DNA of 64,000 nucleotides from NCBI GenBank assembly GCA_965214705.1, contig CBDCCI010000002.1:2016001-2080000 (forward strand), read 5' to 3'. Source of the stretch: Alphaproteobacteria bacterium (GTDB lineage: Bacteria; Pseudomonadota; Alphaproteobacteria; UBA828). Made by a program: the position numbers and the translations under genes. Within the stretch, counting starts at the first letter, position 1. Each line of letters opens with the position of its first letter. The notes beneath the pieces were generated by a model that worked only from the letters and a program-made list of their open reading frames with translations, ran no database searches and was not told where the DNA came from. Of the stretch, positions 59,422 through 64,000 are shown in pieces.

Positions 59422-60923
59422 GAGCCACTTGCAAAACTCCCAGGCGCGGTCTGCTTTTCCCGAGAGCCCGGCGTGAGGACATTGACGGTCGGAACGTAAC
59501 ATGAACTTCGGGACGAGCGGACGTCGCTGGCTGCCGCCGGGGCGCCGATTCGCCGCAAACCGATGCCCATGCGGGCGCATTTTGGACCCGCCGTCGCGAT
59601 GCGGACATGGCTTTTTGCGCCTCCGCGGAGGGAGGCGTGCCGGCGTGACAGCGACGGAGGCGCCGCTCAGGCCAGGAGGCGCATCAGCTGGTCGACCGTC
59701 AGCACCAGGATGCCGAACATCAGGTGGCAATGAACCTTGGCATGGCCGCACACGCGGACATGGCGGCCCCCGCAGTTGTCCTTCAGCCCACCGTTGATGC
59801 GCTCGATGTTCGAGCGCTCGTTGTAGCGCTCGTCCGCCGGGTGGCGGTGACCGACGCCTCTCTGCGCCCTGGCCTCGCGCGCCAGCTCCTCCTTGTACTC
59901 CTTGTCGCGAGGGTTGACGTCGATGATCGGGACGTGGCCCAGCAGGTAGCTGTGCCAGCCGATCTCGGGCGCGTCATAGGCTGAGTCCATGAGGTCGTAC
60001 AGATTGGTGACGCGGTCGGCGGTCATACTCGCCAGCGGGATCGCGGCCTGGCTGTCGTGCAGCGAGGCGGACGTCAGGATGCAACTGATCGGAATGCCGC
60101 CATCGGCGGCGTCGATGTGCAGCTTGTAACCGATCCACGATGTGGTATGGCCCCTGGCGTTGCGCTTGGTGCCGACGTCGCAGGCTTTCGGCAGGTCGTC
60201 GAGCATCTGGGGCAAGCTCATCGTGAGCTGGCGTTTCACGCGGCGCTCCTCCTTGGGCCGCTCCTCGCCCTTGCGCGGGCGGCCGCGCTTGCGCTTCGGC
60301 TTCTCCGCCTTGGGCTTGGGCTGAGGCTTCTCGCGCGCCTCGATCGCCGTCGAGTCGCGCGAGACGTGCCCGACCAGATGGTCTCCGAGGGTCTGCTTGA
60401 TCAGCGCCTCATGCACGCGAGCGGGCAACGCACTCTCGGAGAACTCCGCAAACGCCCGCGAAAACGTCGCCTCGCTCGGGATCTCTGCGGCATAGGTCCA
60501 GCCGCAGAGACGGCGTAGCGTCTTGTCGTTCTCAAGGCGCTCGATCAGGGCGCGCGTCGTGGGTACGTCGAACACCGCCTTGGCGATGAAGGCGCGGGCC
60601 AAGGCCGCCCGATCCTCGACCGGCCGACCGGGCAGGCCATGGAAATGGGGAAGGAAGCTCTCGACCCGCGCAAGCTCAAGCACGGTGACGAAGCGCCGGT
60701 ACCTCTCGCCGAGCGGCCCGAGCTCCTCCTCAAGCCACGGGAAAAGATCCGCTTGAATGTGATGCCAGAATCCGGATAGTGTCTGTCCCAGCGACATGGG
60801 GCCGCCCTCTCCGTCGACGTTGTCCGAAACCCGACAGGAACAGAGAGCGGTCCCGATTTCCAGGACAATCTGACCGCCACGGCGGCAAAATCCCGCTCAA
60901 ATGCGGAATTTTGCAAGTGGCTC
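59422..60923 (-). mobile_element. IS1182/IS5-like element
   Basis: Perfect IR GAGCCACTTGCAAAA; TSD ATGG (59418-59421, 60924-60927). Confidence 0.85.
59667..60797 (-). CDS. DDE transposase (IS1182/IS5-like)
   Basis: PSEATFSR, SRDSTAI, GYKLH, ASLHDS, MDSAYD, YNERSNIER.N..LK. Confidence 0.85.
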   Translation of the reverse strand: MSLGQTLSGFWHHIQADLFPWLEEELGPLGERYRRFVTVLELARVESFLPHFHGLPGRPVEDRAALARAFIAKAVFDVPTTRALIERLENDKTLRRLCGWTYAAEIPSEATFSRAFAEFSESALPARVHEALIKQTLGDHLVGHVSRDSTAIEAREKPQPKPKAEKPKRKRGRPRKGEERPKEERRVKRQLTMSLPQMLDDLPKACDVGTKRNARGHTTSWIGYKLHIDAADGGIPISCILTSASLHDSQAAIPLASMTADRVTNLYDLMDSAYDAPEIGWHSYLLGHVPIIDVNPRDKEYKEELAREARAQRGVGHRHPADERYNERSNIERINGGLKDNCGGRHVRVCGHAKVHCHLMFGILVLTVDQLMRLLA

Positions 60924-60948
60924 ATGGGTCAAGCGCCAGGAGGTCGTC

Positions 60949-61488
60949 ATGCCGCGCGGACGCCCACTCCCCCCACTGGTTCTCACTGACGATCAACGCG
61001 ATCAGTTGGTGGCCGTTTCCCGATCGACCTCGATGCCGCACGGCCTGGTCCAGCGGGCCCGCATGATCCTGGCCTGTGCGGAGGGCTTGACCAACACCGC
61101 GGTGGCCGAACGACTGGACGTCTCGCTGTCGGCGGTCGGCAAATGGCGCCGCCGGTTCCTGGATCGGGGGGTTCAGGGGTTGCATGACGAACTTCGCCCG
61201 GGACGCCCCCGCAGCTATGGCGACGAGAAGGTGGCCGGACTGATCACCCGCGCCCTGCACAACAAGCCCGACAACGCCGACGCCTGGAGCGTCCGCTTGA
61301 TGGCGGAAGCAGAGGGTGTGTCAAAGAGCACCGTGCAACGCTGGTTCTCGCTGTTCGGGGTCAAGCCGCACCGGAGCGACACCTTCAAGCTGTCCAGCGA
61401 TCCGTTCTTTGTCGAGAAGGTTCGGGACCTGACCGGTCTGTACCTGAACCCGCCGGATCACGCGATGGGTGCTGTGCGTCGATGAAAA
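60949..61488 (+). pseudogene. IS630 transposase N-terminal part (frameshift near 61468, then IS1634 insertion)
   Basis: RARMIL..A.G, KWRRRF, RPGRP, WS.RLMA, FKLSSDPFFVEKV, LYLNPP; rejoins as VLCVDEKSQIQALNRTQP at 63653. Confidence 0.85.
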
Positions 61489-63648
61489 CCCAAGTTGGCA
61501 CTTTTCCGCTGCCTGTGTTCCCTATTGGTTTGATTCAACGCGATATTTTTCTCGGTCGATTCCAACATGGCCCCACATTTTGTGAGATTCTGTCAGCTCA
61601 TCAGACGGGTCCTCGTGCGGTGGATGGCGGGGTCCACGCCCGCCGCCGAGGAGATTGCGGCAACCTCGGCGGCCGGGCGCGTGTCCTGGCGGTTGACGAT
61701 CAAGGTGCCGTCGGTCTGGCGCAGGCGCGTGGTGATCCGCACCCAGGTCCGCATGCTCTCGCGGATCGACGCCCAGCACTTGTGGATGCCGCGCGCGGCC
61801 AGCCGGGTACGGATCAGATGCACGGCGTGGTAGGCCAGCACGGCGATCAGCAGGTGGGCCGCGATGCGCCGGTCGAGCTGGTGCCAGATCGGGCGAAGGC
61901 CGAGCTCGGATTTCAGGCTCCGGAATGTCGCCTCGATATCCGTGATCCGCCAGTACGTCCGCAGGACCGTCTCGATGTCCCAGTCGACGTGGCTGGTGCG
62001 CAGCACATAGGCACCGGCGCCCTCATCGGCCTCGTCGTATCGCGGCCTGCGCTTGAAGCGCACGGCGGTGGCATTGGGGCCGGTTTTCGCCCTCTCGACC
62101 GTGATCTCGTAGTGCCTGGCGACGGCGGAGAAGCGCTGCTTGAGGCGGCCTATGCTCTCCAGCACCTTGTCGTAGCGCTTGAGGCGGCCCTTGACCGGGA
62201 GGCCGCCGTGGAGCCTTTCCAGCGCCGCCTCGAAGCGGTTCCGCCTCAGGCCGATGATCGCGTTCTCGGCCTTCTTCTTGCCCTCGCTGACGACGTAGAG
62301 CCGCGCCTCGCCGTCCTCGCTGGCAAGCCGCCAGGCCCGCACCTCGTGGCGCGCGCTGGTGATCAGCAGGGCCTCGGGTCCGCCCTCGGGCGGCGCAGGC
62401 CTGGCACCGCGGCTGACCGCGATCCAGTCGTAGCCCTGCTCGCCCAGCCACGCGATGTTTTTCTCGGTGGCGATGCCCGCGTCCATGACCACCGTGGGCT
62501 TCGCCGCCGTGCCGCCGCACACCGCCTCGAGCCGCGCCAGCGCCTCGTGCAGCGTGCCCGGCTCGCTCACGTTGCCCGGCAGGATCTCGCAACTGCGCGG
62601 GAAGCCCGCGCCGTCGAGCGCCAGCGCCAGCGTGATGAGGGGACAGTCGTCGCGCTTCTGCTTGGAGCGCCCGAACCTGGGAAGCTCGCCGCCCGTGTGG
62701 CCGTGGTAGTGGACGTTGGTGAGATCGTAGAAGGCGATCGTCTCGGGCAGGTCGAGCAGTGCGCGCTCACGGTTGAACAGCTCCCGCTGGATGGCGGCGC
62801 GGTGGCGCCAGAGCAGGTCGCCGATGCGGTAGAGCGTCTTGCGCCGCAGCGCCTTGCGGTCGCCCTCCAGGCCCAGGAGCTCGGCGGCCGCGCTGTCGTG
62901 GCGGAGCCAGCGGCTGGTATCACGCTCGCTGGCGGGATGGACCATCCTGGCGACGATCAGCGCGCTGGCGATGCGCCCGTCGCGGCCCTTGATGTCGAGG
63001 CCGTGGAGGATTTCGGCGAAGCCGAGGGCGTCGAGGGCCTTGAGGCACAGGCGCTCGCAGCCGACCGTGCGCGGGTTCTCGTGCTCCAGGGTATCGAGGT
63101 CGACGGTGGCGATGTCGGGCTTGCGCGCCTCTTCCTGCATCGCCTCGACGCGGAACCCCCTGGCCCTGAGCTTGGCGACGATGTCCTCGGCTGCGGCCCG
63201 CACATCCGCCTCGCCCTCGAACAGCGGCGGCTTGCCGTGAAGCAGCGCCTCGGCGAGTTCGGTGACGGCCTTCCACTTCTCGCGCGGCACCGGATAGTCG
63301 GTGCCGAGATTGAGCAGCGTCCTGTGGCGCACCTTGTCGCCGACGCGCTGGGCGAGCACGAGGCGATGGCTTCGGACCGGCTGGCCGGCCTTGTCGGTGT
63401 GTGTCCTGGTTGCCTTGATGTACATGGCGGCGCCGTTTCTGCGATGCCTGTTTCGCATACACGGCGTTCGCGGCATCTGGCAAGAGGGATATCGACTCAA
63501 CTCCAAAGTCCTGGCCCCACAATTGGCTTCCAGGACCACGAATGGCAAATGTGGGTCTCAGGTGTCCTCCAACCCCAACATCTAGTGGTTCAGCGCCGCA
63601 AAACTGGCTCGAACAGGCTCGGCTGGTCGGAAAAAGTGCCAACTTGGG
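61489..63648 (-). mobile_element. IS1634-like element (second type)
   Basis: IR CCCAAGTTGGCACTTTT; TSD AAAA (61485-61488, 63649-63652). Confidence 0.9.
61593..63425 (-). CDS. IS1634-family transposase
   Basis: FYDLTN, FGRSKQKRDDCP, MDAGI, EATFRSLKSELGLRPIWH; ATG at 63425. Confidence 0.9.
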   Translation of the reverse strand: MYIKATRTHTDKAGQPVRSHRLVLAQRVGDKVRHRTLLNLGTDYPVPREKWKAVTELAEALLHGKPPLFEGEADVRAAAEDIVAKLRARGFRVEAMQEEARKPDIATVDLDTLEHENPRTVGCERLCLKALDALGFAEILHGLDIKGRDGRIASALIVARMVHPASERDTSRWLRHDSAAAELLGLEGDRKALRRKTLYRIGDLLWRHRAAIQRELFNRERALLDLPETIAFYDLTNVHYHGHTGGELPRFGRSKQKRDDCPLITLALALDGAGFPRSCEILPGNVSEPGTLHEALARLEAVCGGTAAKPTVVMDAGIATEKNIAWLGEQGYDWIAVSRGARPAPPEGGPEALLITSARHEVRAWRLASEDGEARLYVVSEGKKKAENAIIGLRRNRFEAALERLHGGLPVKGRLKRYDKVLESIGRLKQRFSAVARHYEITVERAKTGPNATAVRFKRRPRYDEADEGAGAYVLRTSHVDWDIETVLRTYWRITDIEATFRSLKSELGLRPIWHQLDRRIAAHLLIAVLAYHAVHLIRTRLAARGIHKCWASIRESMRTWVRITTRLRQTDGTLIVNRQDTRPAAEVAAISSAAGVDPAIHRTRTRLMS

Positions 63649-63725
63649 AAAAGAGCCAGATCCAGGCCCTCAACCGTACCCAGCCCACGCTGCCCATGGG
63701 GCTGGGCTACGTCGAGGGCTACACC

Positions 63726-64000
63726 GTAAGCGTTACGCAGACCCCATGCCGGAATCTGGGTTGACTACGAGGGGGACTTGTTGAGGAGCGCCGTGAGCGC
63801 GCGAGTCAATTTGTCTCGGGCTCGAAGTTCCACGGCAGCAGTTCCTGGATTTTGGACTGCGGGTGACCCTTGGCGATCTTCTCGAGCGTGCTCCGCATCC
63901 AGGCGTAAGGCTCGACGCCGTTCATCTTGCAGGTCTCGATCAGCGATGCGATGCGGGCCCAGGCTTGCGCACCCTCGTCGTTGCCGGCGAAGAGCGCATT
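63726..64000 (-). mobile_element. Right end of an IS66 element with tnpC C-terminus (63806 to window edge)
   Basis: Terminal GTAAGCG; ...ASLIETCKMNGVEPYAW...GHPQSKIQELLPWNF. Confidence 0.88.

Larger units (their letters stand above)
58986..60928 (-). mobile_element. Internally deleted IS1634 (MITE-like, about 437 bp own length) with an IS inserted in its terminal IR
   Basis: Both ends homologous to those of 35064-37159 (CCCATCTT, GATTATGGCRCTAC); relic MLILSASTGRRDG; TSD TCAA (58982-58985, 60929-60932). Confidence 0.82.
56842..63725 (+). mobile_element. IS630-family element fragmented by five nested insertions; right part lies beyond the IS66
   Basis: Left end TAGTGTTGTGTCC; transposase pieces 60949-61488 and 63653-63725. 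Confidence 0.75.

Noticed and set aside
50421-63648. Composite transposon between two facing IS1634 left ends
   Set aside because: Outer flanks differ (TCAA vs AAAA) and the right element has its own TSD

Overview
GC-rich alphaproteobacterial-type chromosomal segment. The housekeeping and metabolic backbone (about 1-47 kb) contains fixLJK, a hydantoinase B, dksA, an NAD-linked formate dehydrogenase, a dgt-argS-SPOR-nagZ-S2P-scpAB operon preceded by an uncharacterised MotA/TolQ-type module, higBA, phosphonopyruvate decarboxylase, a TAXI-TRAP transporter, an OYE flavoprotein, an FAD oxidoreductase with two enolase-superfamily enzymes, and a Pot-like ABC transporter. It is punctured by an antisense group II intron, two IS5 copies, an IS66 and a nested ISAs1::IS1634. 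From about 47.2 kb the window is a decayed genomic island. It holds a tyrosine integrase, a tRNA-fMet att relic and an orphan type I-E-like CRISPR array (9 repeats, no cas genes in the window, no leader) with one 560-bp gene-bearing 'spacer' and probably a second long one. It also holds an ORF-less group II intron whose EBS1/EBS2 pair with an IS1634 terminal repeat, a tandem tyrosine-recombinase pair split by a 2.86-kb serine-recombinase element, and an IS630 carrying five nested insertions. Two distinct ISAs1 elements encode an N-terminal DUF4338/DruA-like domain. All calls come from reading the sequence and ORF track; no database searches were run.
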